DNA from: an uncultured bacterium
GTDB lineage: Bacteria > Patescibacteriota > Minisyncoccia > UBA6257 > 2-01-FULL-56-20
Direction: 5' to 3'
Assembly (NCBI GenBank): GCA_963844965.1
Contig: CAWJQC010000007.1
Coordinates: 32,001 to 96,000 of the forward strand
DNA length: 64,000 bases
The translations under genes and the position numbers were made by a program. This document shows, one piece after another, positions 17,729-27,592 of the stretch (positions are counted from its first letter, which is position 1; each line of letters starts with the position of its first letter). The notes beneath the pieces were generated by a model. That model was given only the letters and a program-made list of their open reading frames with translations, searched no databases and was not told the origin of the DNA.

Positions 17729-18472
17729 ATGTCGGAACCCGAAATTATCTATCAAGACGAGAATTTTCTGGCGGTCAACAAGCCGGCAGGCCTGCTGGTT
17801 CACAAGGCGCGAATTACCAATTACCAATTACCAATTACCAATGAGCCCACCTTGGTTGATTGGCTGCTTAAGAAATATCCTGAGATAAAAAACGTAGGCG
17901 ATGACCCCGAGACGCGACCAGGGATTGTTCATCGGCTGGATAAGGATACTTCCGGCGTGATGCTCGTGGCGAAAAACCAAAAATATTTTGAGTATCTGAA
18001 GTCGCTTTTCCAGAGACATGAAGTTAAAAAAACCTACCTGGCGGTGGTGGCGGGAGAATTGCGGCCGAGAGCGGGGGTTATAAGCAAGCCGATTGGCATT
18101 AAAAGCGGGACGACGAAACACAGCGTTCACTCCAAAAAGTTTTTAAAGGATGCGGTCACGGAGTATGGGGTCGTAAAATCGCTGAAATTGGATAGCGGTC
18201 GCGGTGAGGAGCGGGGATTTTCTCTGGTGGAAGTATGGCCCAAGACCGGCAGGACGCACCAAATCCGAGTGCATTTCGCGAGCATCGGGCACCCGGTCGT
18301 CGGCGACTTGCTCTATGGTCCCAAAAAGCAGCCAGAGTGGGCAACTCGTCTCATGCTTCACGCGCTATCTTTGGAATTTGCCGCGGCCGAAGGCAAGGTG
18401 TTGAAGATAGAGGCGGAGCCACCCGAAGAGTTCACTAAGTTTGCTGAAGTTGCGAGGTTGAAGGGCGGATAA
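17729..18472 (+). CDS. RluA-family pseudouridine synthase
   Basis: HRLDKDTSGVMLVAKN catalytic motif; contains a 4x ttaccaa heptamer repeat at 17814-17841. Confidence 0.8.
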   Translation: MSEPEIIYQDENFLAVNKPAGLLVHKARITNYQLPITNEPTLVDWLLKKYPEIKNVGDDPETRPGIVHRLDKDTSGVMLVAKNQKYFEYLKSLFQRHEVKKTYLAVVAGELRPRAGVISKPIGIKSGTTKHSVHSKKFLKDAVTEYGVVKSLKLDSGRGEERGFSLVEVWPKTGRTHQIRVHFASIGHPVVGDLLYGPKKQPEWATRLMLHALSLEFAAAEGKVLKIEAEPPEEFTKFAEVARLKGG

Positions 18473-18566
18473 GAGTTCTGAGCTGGGCTCTGTTTGCGAC
18501 CCGGAAAAAGAGGCGGTCTGTGCATAACTCCCGCCGCCGGATTTGATATAATTAAATTCTAAGACA

Positions 18567-20177
18567 ATGTCTGATACGCCCGGTTTCATAGGGGGAGCTA
18601 TGCGCAAGGGTCTTCTTGTTGCCCTATTGGCCTTCATTGTGCTCGCCGGTCTGACCATCTCGATCGGCTTGTATTATTATCGATTTATAAATCAGCAGCT
18701 TACTTTGAGCGTTTACAATCACCGGCTGGTTGTCGCGAGCCTGACCGCATCCGGAATCAAGTTGAAATTGGACCATCTTGAGGGGATCGCGATATCTTTC
18801 GCGGCGCAGGACGACATGCGCGCAGAAATTATTGGCGGCAGATGGGAAGACGCCATGGCTAAGGCCGAGGACCTCTCCAACAGCCCAGATTTTTATGATT
18901 ACTACATAGACAGAACCTTATTGGTGGACGCCTCGGGAGCCATAAGAGCTGCCTATCCGCTCCTTAGCGGAACCATGGGTTTGCCCAAGTCAAATTTTAA
19001 GGAGTGGAGCGTTCCCCTTGAGAACGGGCAGGCCGCGTATGTTTCCGATGTCTATGAAAGGTCCGTCTCCCCGCGGATTAATGTCGTTGACGTCGTCGCG
19101 CCGGTTGCGGCGCACTCCGTTATTTACGGCTTCGTCGTTCTGCAGGTGCCCATCAATGAATTTTCCGATTTCGGCCAGGATACCGACATCAGCTCCAACG
19201 GTTTTGCCTACATAGTTGACAGGAAGGGTCAGATTGTATATCACCCGAAATATTCTTCCGTCGGTCCCATTGTTGACTATTCGGAGGTGCCGGCTGTGCA
19301 AAAATTGCTCAGCGGCGAAACCGGAATCGGAATTTTATCCAATCCGATTGAGAGAACGGAGAGAGTGTCGGCTTACGAATTGGTGCCGACATACGGGTGG
19401 GGCGTTGTGTCCGTGGAGCCGACCGCGGACGCGTTTGAGGCGCGGAATAGCATTTTGCACCAGATTTTGCTGGCCATTTCGGTTTTATGCGCATCAGAGC
19501 TTTTCCTGGCGATTTTCATTTTTTGGCTGGTTACGAGGTCCGAGAGAAGCAAACCGAACGCGGGATACGCGAGACAATTTCCGAAGACGCCGCCGAGGGC
19601 CAGCGGAGGGTTCACGCTGATAGAACTTTTGGTCGTTATCGCCATTATCGCCGTTTTGTCCATAGTCGTCATCCTGACCCTTAATCCGACGGAACTTCTG
19701 CGCCAGGCGAGGGATTCCGACAGGATTTCGGATCTCTCCATAATAAAGAGCGCCATTTCTATTTATTTGGTAGACCTGCGCAATCCGATTATCGCTTCCT
19801 CTACGGAATACTGCTACGAATCGGTCTTGGCAGCGAACGTCACCACTACCTACAGCACTTGGTTTCCCTCAATCCCACTCGGCAATGCGACTACTTCTCC
19901 GCAAGCTACCTACAGAAATATTGACGGCACGGGCTGGATTCATGTGAACTTTACCCAAATCAGCGCCGGCACGCCCTTCGGCCAGCTTCCGATCGACCCC
20001 TTGAATAACGCACAGTATATGTATATGTATGTAGGCAGTTCCACGCAGTCCACATTCAAACTCGCTACGGATATGGAAAGTTCAAAGTACGGCAATGGCG
20101 GAGCAGCGGACGTTGAGTCAAAAGACGGCGGCACTGACCCGAATAAATACGAAGCCGGAAGCAATCTCAATTTGTAG
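18567..20177 (+). CDS. dCache-like sensor domain (two TM helices) fused in frame to a type IV pilin/pseudopilin module
   Basis: N-terminal TM, ~300-aa periplasmic domain with Cache-like YVSDVY..GFVVLQVP..IVDRKGQIVYHP, second TM, then GGFTLIELLVVIAIIAVLS prepilin class-III signal, then a pilin body homologous to the two downstream pilins. Confidence 0.6.
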   Translation: MSDTPGFIGGAMRKGLLVALLAFIVLAGLTISIGLYYYRFINQQLTLSVYNHRLVVASLTASGIKLKLDHLEGIAISFAAQDDMRAEIIGGRWEDAMAKAEDLSNSPDFYDYYIDRTLLVDASGAIRAAYPLLSGTMGLPKSNFKEWSVPLENGQAAYVSDVYERSVSPRINVVDVVAPVAAHSVIYGFVVLQVPINEFSDFGQDTDISSNGFAYIVDRKGQIVYHPKYSSVGPIVDYSEVPAVQKLLSGETGIGILSNPIERTERVSAYELVPTYGWGVVSVEPTADAFEARNSILHQILLAISVLCASELFLAIFIFWLVTRSERSKPNAGYARQFPKTPPRASGGFTLIELLVVIAIIAVLSIVVILTLNPTELLRQARDSDRISDLSIIKSAISIYLVDLRNPIIASSTEYCYESVLAANVTTTYSTWFPSIPLGNATTSPQATYRNIDGTGWIHVNFTQISAGTPFGQLPIDPLNNAQYMYMYVGSSTQSTFKLATDMESSKYGNGGAADVESKDGGTDPNKYEAGSNLNL

Positions 20178-20290
20178 ATATATTTGCAAATGTGTCTTCG
20201 CGCGCTACTTCCCGCACCTCCTCAGGACGGGTTTTCGGTTATCCACAGAGGCGGTTATGAAGACGTGAGCGGTTTGTTACAATTAAGATT

Positions 20291-20330
20291 GTTGGTATTA
20301 GCAAAACGAAAAAGGTCGATTTGACGCGAT
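20291..20330 (+). promoter_or_regulatory. Conserved upstream element of pilin paralogs (copy 1)
   Basis: gttggtatta.c.aaac.a.aaaggtcgatttgacgcgat, repeated at 21205-21244 at the same distance from the start codon. Confidence 0.35.
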
Positions 20331-20348
20331 GTTTAGTGTGAAATAAAC

Positions 20349-20954
20349 ATGTCAAAGAAAACCAATAAAGGTTTTACGCTCGTTGAGCTTCTGGTTGTTA
20401 TCGCCATTATCGCCGTAATGTCCATAGTCGTCATTTTGACCCTTAACCCGGCGGAACTTCTGCGCCAGTCAAGGGATTCCAACAGAATTTCGGATATGGC
20501 GACGCTTAAGAGCGCGATGTCGCTCTACCTCGCGGATGTGAACGCGCCGTACCTCGGGACAAGTACCTGGTGTTATCAGGATGTAAGCGCGGCAAACGCC
20601 GCTACCGCGGGCACGAGCTCGAATTCCTGCAATGCTACGTTCGGTAATAATCCCGCCACAAATGCCGTGAGCAATGTGGCTTCTCCGAGGAATGTGGACG
20701 GCACGGGCTGGATTCCGGTTAATTTCTCCAAAATCAGCTCCGGCGCTCCGTTCGGCCAGCTTCCGATTGACCCCCTGGACAATGATGCGTTGCACCTGTA
20801 TCTCTACAAGACATCGAGCACGCTTCTCACTTTCCACATTGCAGTAAAGATGGAAAGCGCGAAGTACAGCTATCCTTCAGCCACCAATATTGAGGGTACC
20901 GATGGCGGCACCTCGCTTACCGAGTATGAAGTTGGAAATAATTTGAGCTTGTAA
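20349..20954 (+). CDS. Type IV pilin / pseudopilin (class III signal peptide)
   Basis: MSKKTNKGFTLVELLVVIAIIAV; conserved C-terminal VDGTGWIPVNF..GQLPIDPLDND. Confidence 0.75.
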   Translation: MSKKTNKGFTLVELLVVIAIIAVMSIVVILTLNPAELLRQSRDSNRISDMATLKSAMSLYLADVNAPYLGTSTWCYQDVSAANAATAGTSSNSCNATFGNNPATNAVSNVASPRNVDGTGWIPVNFSKISSGAPFGQLPIDPLDNDALHLYLYKTSSTLLTFHIAVKMESAKYSYPSATNIEGTDGGTSLTEYEVGNNLSL

Positions 20955-20996
20955 CGTCTGCGGACGGCAAGCCAGTCCGATTCTTGGCTTAAGAAC

Positions 20997-21028
20997 GTGA
21001 GCGCTCCGACCAAAGTCGGAGCGCTCAC
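20997..21028. terminator. Hairpin terminator after the pilin gene
   Basis: gtgagcgctccgac-caaa-gtcggagcgctcac followed by a T-rich stretch. Confidence 0.5.
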
Positions 21029-21204
21029 GTTTCTGCGTTGCCAGAACATCGTTCCGACCGCGGAAATATGCGGCGGCTCGGTTTCTGAGGCCGGCTCCAT
21101 CTTTGCTTTCGTTGATTTGCGCGAGCGGTATGGCCATAAATTGGGCTTTTGGGTTATCCACAGAGCATTCTGCGGATAAGGGGGAGATTTGCTATAATGT
21201 ATTT

Positions 21205-21244
21205 GTTGGTATTAACCAAACAAGAAAGGTCGATTTGACGCGAT
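21205..21244 (+). promoter_or_regulatory. Conserved upstream element of pilin paralogs (copy 2)
   Basis: See 20291-20330. Confidence 0.35.
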
Positions 21245-21252
21245 ATTCACAC

Positions 21253-21888
21253 AAAACGAATATGTCAAAGAAAACCAGCAAAGGTTTTACACTTATTGAA
21301 CTTTTGGTCGTTATTGCCATTATCGCCGTCTTGTCCATAGTCGTCATCTTGACCCTTAACCCCGCGGAACTCCTGCGTCAGGCGAGGGATTCCAACAGAA
21401 TTTCGGATATGTCCGTGGCGAAGAGCGCGATTTCGCTCTACCTCGCGGACGTGAGCTCGAATATCTCTATCGGGAGCACAACACCGTTCGTATACTGCTA
21501 TGAGGATGTTTCTGCGGCAAATGCGACCACTAATGGCACTACTTCGGCGAGTTGCAAAAGTGGTGTGGCAGGCGCAGAAACGTTTGCGAGCGACATAAGC
21601 TCCTCTAGCAACGCGGTTACTCCCAGAAACGTTGACGGCACGGGCTGGATTCCGGTTAACTTCACTAAAATCAGCTCCGGCGCGCCAATCGGTCAGCTTC
21701 CGGTTGACCCGTTAGATAATGACGGCATGCACATGTACCTCTACAGAACGAGTTCAACCCTCGTTTTCAAGATGGCGACAAAGATGGAAAGCTCTAAGTA
21801 CAGCAAGGGCGGCGCAGGTGACGTTGAGTCAACCGATGGCGGCACTAATACTGGCATGTATGAATCGGGAACCAATTTGAGTTTGTAG
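21253..21888 (+). CDS. Type IV pilin / pseudopilin
   Basis: MSKKTSKGFTLIELLVVIAIIAV; the ORF track extends it upstream to 21103, but this Met gives the canonical short leader. Confidence 0.75.
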   Translation, partial: KTNMSKKTSKGFTLIELLVVIAIIAVLSIVVILTLNPAELLRQARDSNRISDMSVAKSAISLYLADVSSNISIGSTTPFVYCYEDVSAANATTNGTTSASCKSGVAGAETFASDISSSSNAVTPRNVDGTGWIPVNFTKISSGAPIGQLPVDPLDNDGMHMYLYRTSSTLVFKMATKMESSKYSKGGAGDVESTDGGTNTGMYESGTNLSL

Positions 21889-21933
21889 TATGTAGGCGTG
21901 TGAAAGTTTGTCCCGGCGGTTTGTCCCACAAGG

Positions 21934-21963
21934 GGAGCGCTCCGACTTTGGTCGGAGCGCTCC
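21934..21963. terminator. Hairpin terminator after the pilin gene
   Basis: ggagcgctccgac-tttg-gtcggagcgctcc + TTTGTGTTTTT; same stem as 20997-21028 in opposite orientation. Confidence 0.5.
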
Positions 21964-22160
21964 TTTGTGTTTTTGGCCGTGAAGCCGTATTTTGTTATGA
22001 TTAAGGAGTAATCGCCGATGATGCGAATCCTGGCCCATTTTCACCAAACCTCCAGCGAGGTAAACAGATAATACCGACGAGGATTCGCATTATTGAATGA
22101 AAATTCGCGTTATTAGCGAACACTCTTATGAGGACGCCCTTGCCGCCGCTACAACTTAAA

Positions 22161-23843
22161 AAGGCGCTTATGGCCGATAACCTGATCACGGCCGAGAGAT
22201 TTGACGAACTTCTCGGGGAAGCCGAGAGGAAAGACCAGAACATACTTGATGTTCTTGTTTCCGAGAAGATCGCGAGCTACGGGTTTTTGGGCGATATGGT
22301 GGCGAAGATCTTGGGAGTTGAACGTGTGGATTTCGCGGCGAAATCCACTGACAGGCAAACCGTGCAGATGCTTCCGGAAGACGTCGCGCGGCAGCGGCAG
22401 GTGATAGTCTTTGACCGCGAGCCGAACGGGACACTGGACGTAGCCATGACAGATCCTTCCGACCTGGAAACCATAGAATTTCTGACCCAGCGCTTTAAGG
22501 TGGAAATCAGGCCGTTTCTCGCCACGGCGGACGATTTGAACCGCGGCTTCGCGGTGTACGGCTATGAACTCGGCCAGGATTTCAAAAAATTGATTGAGGA
22601 AAATATCAAGGCCTCGCTTACGAGCCGCGCCGGAACAATAGAGGAAGCGGCGTCTCAATTGCCGATTGTCGGCATCGTGGACAACATCTTGTCCTACGCG
22701 ATGGCTTCCAGGGCGTCGGATATCCACATTGAAATATTTGAAGAGGCGACCCTCATCCGCTACAGGATTGACGGGATTTTATACGAGATCATGAGCATCG
22801 CCAAGGCGGTGCATCCGGCCATTGTCGCGAGAATTAAACTCCTCTCCGGCCTCAAAATTGACGAGCACGTGAAACCGCAGGACGGCCGTTTCCGCCACCA
22901 GATTGTCGGCGATATCATTGACGTCAGGGTTTCGGTGATGCCGACCTACTTCGGAGAGAAGGTGGAAATGAGATTATTGGAAGCCGCGCAGAAGCCGCTT
23001 TCGTTGGAAGAACTGGGGATCGAGCGGGAAACCGCGAAGATCATTTCTGACAATCTCGGCAACACTTTCGGAATGATACTTTCGTGCGGGCCGACCGGTT
23101 CGGGAAAAACGACCACGCTGTACGCTGTGATGAACATAATCAACAAGCCGCAGATTAACGTCGTGACGATTGAAGATCCGATTGAATATAACATGCGCTA
23201 TGTGAATCAGACGCAGATCAATCCGCAGGCGGGAATAACTTTTGCCTCCGGTCTCAGAGCGATACTCCGCCAGGACCCGAACGTTATCATGGTCGGCGAG
23301 ATCAGGGATTCGGAAACCGCGGAAATAGCCGTGCAAGCCGCGATCACAGGCCACCTTTTGTTGTCGTCTTTGCACACCAACGACGCGCTTACTGCCATCC
23401 CGCGCCTCTTTGACCTGAAGGTGCAGCCGTTTCTTGTATCTTCCGTCCTGAATTTGATAATTGCCCAGCGGCTGGTTAGAAGAATTTGCCAAAGTTGCGT
23501 GTGCTCCTATGACGCCGGTCCGGAGGTGGGTCGGATTATCGCCGAGCAGTTCAAAGAGTCCGGCATCTCCAAAGAGGTCATAAGAGTTCCCAAAACGTTG
23601 TATAGGGGCAAAGGTTGTGCCGCTTGCGGCATGACAGGATACAAGGGACGGCTGGGAATTTTTGAGATATTCGCCGTTGATGATAAAATTAGGAAGATTA
23701 TGAATGATTCAGACTTTGACTTTGACAAGCTCCGCGCGGCGGCGCGCGAGCGCGGCATGAGAACGATTTTTGAGGACGGTCTCGACAAAGCGGAATTGGC
23801 CATTACGACCCTGGAAGAGGTGTTGAGGGTGGTGCAGGAATAG
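22161..23843 (+). CDS. pilB: Type IV pilus assembly ATPase PilB/GspE family
   Basis: GPTGSGKTTTL Walker A, ..CQSCV..C..CG tetracysteine, GspE signature region. Confidence 0.9.
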   Translation, partial: KALMADNLITAERFDELLGEAERKDQNILDVLVSEKIASYGFLGDMVAKILGVERVDFAAKSTDRQTVQMLPEDVARQRQVIVFDREPNGTLDVAMTDPSDLETIEFLTQRFKVEIRPFLATADDLNRGFAVYGYELGQDFKKLIEENIKASLTSRAGTIEEAASQLPIVGIVDNILSYAMASRASDIHIEIFEEATLIRYRIDGILYEIMSIAKAVHPAIVARIKLLSGLKIDEHVKPQDGRFRHQIVGDIIDVRVSVMPTYFGEKVEMRLLEAAQKPLSLEELGIERETAKIISDNLGNTFGMILSCGPTGSGKTTTLYAVMNIINKPQINVVTIEDPIEYNMRYVNQTQINPQAGITFASGLRAILRQDPNVIMVGEIRDSETAEIAVQAAITGHLLLSSLHTNDALTAIPRLFDLKVQPFLVSSVLNLIIAQRLVRRICQSCVCSYDAGPEVGRIIAEQFKESGISKEVIRVPKTLYRGKGCAACGMTGYKGRLGIFEIFAVDDKIRKIMNDSDFDFDKLRAAARERGMRTIFEDGLDKAELAITTLEEVLRVVQE

Positions 23844-23980
23844 TTCCGGTAATTTCTAAATCCTAATATCTAATTTCTAAATAAATCCCAATTTTACAAT
23901 GGACAATATCAAAACTTTTTGAATTTTGGATTTGGAACGTTGAACATTGTTTAGAAATTAGATATTAGAAATTTTAAAAC

Positions 23981-25190
23981 ATGCTCTATCGTTACGTCGC
24001 GGCGGATAAGGGGGGCAGGGTTCACGAGTCGCAATTGGATGCCGACAACTTGAATCAGGTTCTCCAGTACTTGGCCGGGCACGAACTCCAACCAATCTCG
24101 GTTAAGCCCCTCGGAGAAGCGCATGCGACCGCGTGGCACTTTTTTGGCAAGAAGATTTCCACGACGGACAAGGTTTTTTTAACTAAATACTTGGCCCTGA
24201 TGCTGCGGGTGGGGACCGATTTGCTGTCGGCCATTAATATTCTGATCCAGGACTTTGATAAGCCGGCGGTGAGAAATTTTCTTCTGGAAGTAAGGGATAA
24301 TCTGACCCGCGGCCGCCAGTTTTACACCGCGTTTGAGGCGCACGAAGACGTTTTTTCCCCGGCTCTCGTCAATATGATAAGGGCGGCGGAGGCTTCCGGG
24401 AATCTCCAGCAGACCATGGAGGATTTGAGCGTCAGTTTGGGTCGTGACGCCGAGCTCGGTGGGCGTATAAAGTCGGCGCTTATCTATCCGATAATCCTGC
24501 TTTCACTTTCTTCCGTGATCATAGTTTTTTATGGTGACCTACGCGCTGCCCAAGGTTGCCAAGGTTTTCACGGATAGTGGCATAAAACCGCCGATTTTTT
24601 CGCGAATTGTGTTTACGGTCGGCCTCTTTGTGGGAGATCATATAATTGTGATTTGCATTTTGCTTGTAGGCACGATAGTGGGCGTCATTTACGCTTATCT
24701 CAAAACCGTTATCGGGAGGCGCGTGATTAATCGCGTGCTTTTCGGTTTGCCCCTCATTAAGAAGATTTACAGCGAACTCGCGATTCAGCGGCTTGCCTCC
24801 ACGATGGGTTCGCTTATGAAGGCCGGCCTGCCGATTACAGAAAGCATTAAAGTCGCCGCAAGGACTGTCGGCCTTGACGAATACCGCTTTCAGCTGGAGC
24901 GCGTTGCCGATGGAATCACCAAGGGGCTTACACTTGGGGAGGCGTTCAAACGCGAGGTTGTTTTTCCCAAGACGGTGGTCAATTTGATTGCCATATCGGA
25001 GAAAGCCGGTCACCTTGAAGAAGTTTTGGCGACGCTCGCGGATTTTTACGCGTCTAGCGTTGATAACGGGATAAAGGCCATTGTGTCCCTGCTCGAGCCG
25101 GTTCTCTTGCTGACCATGGCCCTGTTTGTGGGAATATTAGCGGTTGCGATTATCGTGCCGATTTATCAGCTGACAAGCAACATCAGTTAA
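23981..25190 (+). CDS. pilC: PilC/GspF-family platform protein, interrupted by a frameshift at a T6 run (24525-24530)
   Basis: Two overlapping ORFs (23981-24577, 24531-25190) each carry one GspF domain; joining them at the T6 run restores a normal ~400-aa PilC. Confidence 0.7.
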
Positions 25191-25234
25191 TTTGAAACGA
25201 AATTCACTTCAAATATCCGGATAAGACATGTATT

Positions 25235-25819
25235 TTGACGCGCTTAGGCCGAAAACATCACAGAGAAAGTTTGTTCCCGCATCGGGGCGGGGATTCACCC
25301 CCACGCCAGAAACGGGAAGTTTTGGGTATCCAATGTCCGCGGCCCGTCTCCCGTTCGGTGCGGGGGTTCACGATGATAGAGGCAATCGTTTGCATCGGTA
25401 TATTGGCAGTTATCGGGACGGCTACTATTCTTTCGCTTTTATCCAGGCGTAGCCAGACCGATCTCACCACTACGGCTCAGAAAATCGCGGCGCTGCTCCG
25501 TGAGGCGCAGAGTCGTTCGGCCGCCGTGGAAGGAGGCGTGGCTTGGGGCGTGTATTTCGCGAATCCGACGACCACGCAGCCGTTCTACGCCATCTTCAGC
25601 AATGTTTATGGGACGTCCACCGTGAAGGGTTTGTACCTGCTGCCCAATACGGTAAGTTTTTCCGCAGCAACGGTCACGTCCGGTTCTTCGACGCAAATTA
25701 TTTTCGGAAACGTTTCGGGCCTTCCCGCCGCTTCATTCAGTGTCGGCATATTTGTCACGTCTAATCCAAATCAGTCGTCAACCATAAGTGTCGCTACCTC
25801 GGGGTTGGTGAATTATTGA
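25235..25819 (+). CDS. Pseudopilin (prepilin-type N-terminus RGFTMIEAIV..), start ambiguous
   Basis: G|FTMIEA cleavage motif and hydrophobic helix; the ORF-track start gives an unusually long 44-aa leader; a GTG at 25358 is possible. Confidence 0.55.
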   Translation: MTRLGRKHHRESLFPHRGGDSPPRQKREVLGIQCPRPVSRSVRGFTMIEAIVCIGILAVIGTATILSLLSRRSQTDLTTTAQKIAALLREAQSRSAAVEGGVAWGVYFANPTTTQPFYAIFSNVYGTSTVKGLYLLPNTVSFSAATVTSGSSTQIIFGNVSGLPAASFSVGIFVTSNPNQSSTISVATSGLVNY

Positions 25820-25893
25820 AGGCGCGAAAGTCACAATCTCAGCAGGAGAACGCGGCTCCGATTTTTGGACCGACTTGATGTTATAATAAAAGC

Positions 25894-26550
25894 GTGGGGA
25901 ATTTTCTGCTTTCCATTTTCCGCCCTCTGCTATTTGCGAAGCGGGGGCAGTCATTGATTGAGATTCTGGTTGCCGCCTCTGTCGGCGCTGTTTTGATCAT
26001 GGCAGCCGCTTCTCTGATTGCTCCGGCATTGAGAATTAATACCGAAACAATTCAGGAACAGACGGCTGCCGCGCTGGCCAAGGGGCTTTTGGACAATGTG
26101 AGCGTTTGGGCGGACGGCAACTGGCACAATATTGCCAACCTTTCCACAAGTTCCGCGTATCATTATTATCTGAACGCTTCGGGCTCGCCATTTTCGTCTT
26201 CCGCCGGTGATGACAGCATCGTGGTGGCTACAACGACATATAAAAGGTTTTTTTATGTTGACGATGTTTGCCGCGACGGCGGCGGGAATATCGCCTCACC
26301 GCCATGCAGCGGCCCGCCCTATTACGATCCTTCCACGAAGAAGATCACCGTCGGCTACAGCTGGCCGAATGCCACGACGGCCACCATATCGGCCTATCTC
26401 ACGAGGAACTCCGATATGGTCTTTATGCAAACCGATTGGTCCGGCGGGCCTAACCAGGCGGGGCCGATTACAAACGCCAACTCACAGTTCGCTTCTTCAA
26501 CCCCGAATATTAATTATGCCTCGAGTGGGGCCATATATTTAAATCTGTAG
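25894..26550 (+). CDS. Pseudopilin-like protein
   Basis: ..RGQSLIEILVAASVGAVLIMAAASL prepilin-like N-terminus. Confidence 0.55.
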   Translation: MGNFLLSIFRPLLFAKRGQSLIEILVAASVGAVLIMAAASLIAPALRINTETIQEQTAAALAKGLLDNVSVWADGNWHNIANLSTSSAYHYYLNASGSPFSSSAGDDSIVVATTTYKRFFYVDDVCRDGGGNIASPPCSGPPYYDPSTKKITVGYSWPNATTATISAYLTRNSDMVFMQTDWSGGPNQAGPITNANSQFASSTPNINYASSGAIYLNL

Positions 26551-26583
26551 CCGGACCAGTCCTTCGCTTCAGGCCGCAATCCA

Positions 26584-27510
26584 ATGCTCAAAGATCTTAT
26601 GAGATTATTTAAAAACATTTCCGGCGCGGCGATTGGTTTCGCTTTCGTCTGCATCGTTTTATACTTAACGACGCTCACGGTTTCGGCTAGTCCGAATATC
26701 AGCTCCACGTATCCAAATTACTGGGGATGGAACGATGTGATGGGGTGGATAGATTTTTACGACACCAAGACCATCAATATTGGTTCAAATCAGACAACCA
26801 CGGGCTATGCCGGTTCTTCCGCCGGTTATATTTCTCTTGATTGCGCGACTACGTACAGCGGAAATATTTGCGGCACGAGCAACTACGGTGTTTACAATCC
26901 CGGCAACGGCAATCTCACCGGCTGGGGCTGGAACAATACTTACGGCTGGATAAGTTTTGATTGCCACAATAACGGCGGCTGCGGCAGCGGGCCAAGTTCG
27001 TCAACTTATCAGGTTGAAATCAATCCGGCTACCGGCGATTTCGGCGGCACCAATACCGTGGATTTTGCCTGGAACGATATTGTTGGCTGGATAAGTTTTA
27101 ACTGTTCCGATTATGGCGGTTGCGGAACCTCGATTTTTAAGGTGAATACAACGTGGCAGTCCACCTCTACCAGTGGCTATCTTGACTCCACTACCTACGA
27201 CACCGGAGTCGCCGGCGGTGCGGAATTGAACTCCATTGTCTGGCAGGGACCGTCGCTGCCGGCGGGGACGGCAGTGAGATTTCAAATTGCGGCGAGCAGC
27301 ACTCCGAACGGACCGTGGAATTTTATCGGTCCCGACGGAACCGGAAATGGTTACTATGTGGGTTTGGGGGCGCCTGGCTCATCCATCCAACTTGACTACG
27401 TTTTACACAATAACCAGCGATATTTCCGTTACCGCGTGATTTTGGTGTCGGACCAGACGCAAAAATTGACCCCGACCGTAAACAGCATCAGTGTCAATTG
27501 GAGCCCATGA
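26584..27510 (+). CDS. Secreted/anchored protein with GW-rich ~45-aa repeats (possible pilus-associated adhesin)
   Basis: TM/signal anchor; repeats ..GWIDFYD.., ..YGWISFDC.., ..VGWISFNC.. with paired Cys and NG/GT-rich linkers. Confidence 0.5.
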   Translation: MLKDLMRLFKNISGAAIGFAFVCIVLYLTTLTVSASPNISSTYPNYWGWNDVMGWIDFYDTKTINIGSNQTTTGYAGSSAGYISLDCATTYSGNICGTSNYGVYNPGNGNLTGWGWNNTYGWISFDCHNNGGCGSGPSSSTYQVEINPATGDFGGTNTVDFAWNDIVGWISFNCSDYGGCGTSIFKVNTTWQSTSTSGYLDSTTYDTGVAGGAELNSIVWQGPSLPAGTAVRFQIAASSTPNGPWNFIGPDGTGNGYYVGLGAPGSSIQLDYVLHNNQRYFRYRVILVSDQTQKLTPTVNSISVNWSP

Positions 27511-27592
27511 AATTAATAAACAGTAGGTAGTAGGTGGTAAGTAGTAATTGGCGAATAAAAAACCGCGAATGCGTTATAATTAGATAACGAAC

